A stretch of 64,000 nucleotides of DNA from Geosiphon pyriformis uo1 (Eukaryota > Fungi > Glomeromycota): NCBI GenBank assembly GCA_016748015.1, contig JAAOMT010000275.1, positions 124,001 to 188,000 of the forward strand, written 5' to 3'. Positions 62,320 to 64,000 of this stretch are shown one piece after another. How positions within the stretch are numbered: the first letter of the stretch is position 1; each line of letters starts with the position of its first letter. Both the position numbers and the translations under genes were made by a program. A model generated the notes under the pieces. It was not told the DNA's origin, searched no databases, and saw nothing but the letters and a program-made list of their open reading frames with translations.

Positions 62320-63510
62320 ATACACCTTTGAAATTCTTCTATGTAAACACTCTTGTGAGTAAACTACCAACCAATGAATTGACTAAACCCAAATCAAGAC
62401 ACTTTTTGAAACTAGCACATTTACAAGAACCATTTTTATTAAAATTGCCATCTAAGATAATAAAAAATAATTCATTTACAGCTTTAGCAACCAGAGAGTT
62501 GATTTCACTAGTCTGAAAAAACTAAACCACTGAGAAAGTATTAGTGTATAGCCCCAAAATTGAAACAGAAAGTTTATTTTTGAAAAGTAATCTGATGGAA
62601 AGGAGCTAGTCAGAAATCTCAAAAACTTTATACACATGTCTTGTCAAAAAAGAATTCATAATAATTACAACACTAGCACCTAAATACTCAGAATTCAAAC
62701 CAGAAGTAAACATCTGAACATCATTAAATTTGTTGACAATTCATAGACAAATTTTTTCTTTCAGCTTTGTTTCCATGAAAATAAAAATCAAATTGTTTAT
62801 CTCTTTGTGTCAACAAATAATATCTATCTGTTTAACAGAATTGTTCATTCCTCTAATATTATATGTTGCAATTTTTCATATCAGACTACTTATTAAAAAA
62901 GAGATTTAGGAAGCACATTACCAGCCAAAACCAAACCATTAAAACATGCTAATAAACTTAGAACTAAAGCAGTAAGCTCCTTAAGCATATTCTCTAATTG
63001 CACCATATTAAAAGAGGCAGAAGAGCCCAAAACCACAACAGTTTTACCACTAGTGATTTCATCTGAGCTCTTTCTTATCACTATATTGCTCATCTGATTC
63101 TGTAATAGGAAGGTTACTGACAGTTAATGTCCAGAGTTAGACTGAAAAATTGTTAGCATGAGTGACTTCAACCTCTTAGCCAACTTACCAATTTGTTCTG
63201 TAAGACTGGTAAGACTGTTTTCAATGGTAACCAAACATAATTTCAATCCATTTATAACAAATGAGGGAGATTTTATCTCTGAAAAAAAACCAGAATCAGC
63301 CAAAACATTGCATACAGGAAGAGAAGGGAAAAAGAGCCTATTAACAATCTTCACCCAAGAAACATCACCAAAAGAAACAGAGTAAGCAATAGATACTGCA
63401 CATTTGGCATAAATGGTTACCAGTCTGCTTTTATTTTTATCAGATAGCATCTTATGAGAAGAGACACCAAAAAAAATTTTTCTATGGAAGTACAGCCCAA
63501 TGATGTATGC

Positions 63511-64000
63511 TGTTACAGATAAACTTGATAGAGTATGGTGGTAATGTTTGGTGTTCTAATTTAGTGTTCTAAGGTTGTATGTTTTTTACAGAGTTGATAT
63601 TTATCAGTCTCTAAAAGTCTTTTTTGGATGTGAATTTACCCATTGAGTTCTTTTGTTATAAGACACAGAGATTTGGTTTTTGCTGATTACAACTTCTTTA
63701 AAAATATGAGCTATCTTCTTTAAGCTAATGAGCACAGTTGTTAGGATCTAATGTTGTCTTTTCACCCTTCTGGTAAGCTAACAAGATAATATTAATATTC
63801 AAAACTTAAGAGGAGCCTTTCTCTTTTACCAGGCTATCACGAAATCTATTCTTAGACAGTCAATTTTCTTATGTTGCCACTCCACAAAAGAAAAATAAAA
63901 AATAAAAGAAAATAAAAAAAAATAAAATAAGAAATAAGTGTTTTATTAATAACTGTGATCAAGAGCTATTGTGCCAGCAGGTTAAGTAATAGATAATAAC
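63511..64000 (-). mobile_element. Partial E-family LTR (F) in minus orientation, inserted in the LINE 3 ORF1 zinc knuckle
   Basis: Reverse complement of the E LTR 3' half; starts TGTTACAGATAAAC; runs off the window. Confidence 0.82.

Larger units (their letters stand above)
48200..63510 (-). mobile_element. LINE copy 3 (minus strand), interrupted by E and by the LTR at 63511
   Basis: T-rich tail ~48205-48243; 3' UTR 48245-48354; ORF2 stop at 48355-48357; CLYC..zinc finger, YMDGS RNase H, AAGAFVNNT RT; APE split at 52454/62320; ORF1 remnants 62893-63510. Confidence 0.88.

Overview
AT-rich, CpG-depleted eukaryotic DNA made almost entirely of decayed, nested transposable elements. No intact host gene is visible. 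The element types and intron style suggest an early-diverging fungus, possibly Glomeromycotina (inference). Contents: (i) three long LINEs with APE-RT-RNaseH-CCHC architecture (1-2945 +, ~30960-47400 +, ~48200-63510 -), plus a ~155-bp 5'-truncated copy with an 11-bp TSD at 29481; (ii) a spliced Sola3-like DDE transposase pseudogene (~3600-28320) split by nested LTR elements; (iii) four two-LTR Ty3/gypsy elements: A 4895-26045 (-), B 10293-21602 (+), D 39459-47169 (-), E 52455-62319 (+); (iv) three solo LTRs and one partial LTR; (v) a 2.07-kb exact duplication across a 20-N gap, probably an assembly artefact. The best candidate for an undescribed system is the Ty3/gypsy lineage itself. It has TGTTA...TAACA termini, one shared tRNA PBS, a multi-CxxC Cys-rich domain between protease and RT (followed by a dUTPase in A and B), and a conserved non-env third ORF after integrase that ends in F-x-G-A-Q at the PPT and has its own TATA-like box. 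Its 4-bp target sites are all centred on a YR step, mostly reconstructable as CpG. The LINE 3' UTR folds into a conserved multi-hairpin RNA with a possible loop-to-tail pseudoknot. All domain calls come from motifs read by eye; no searches were run.
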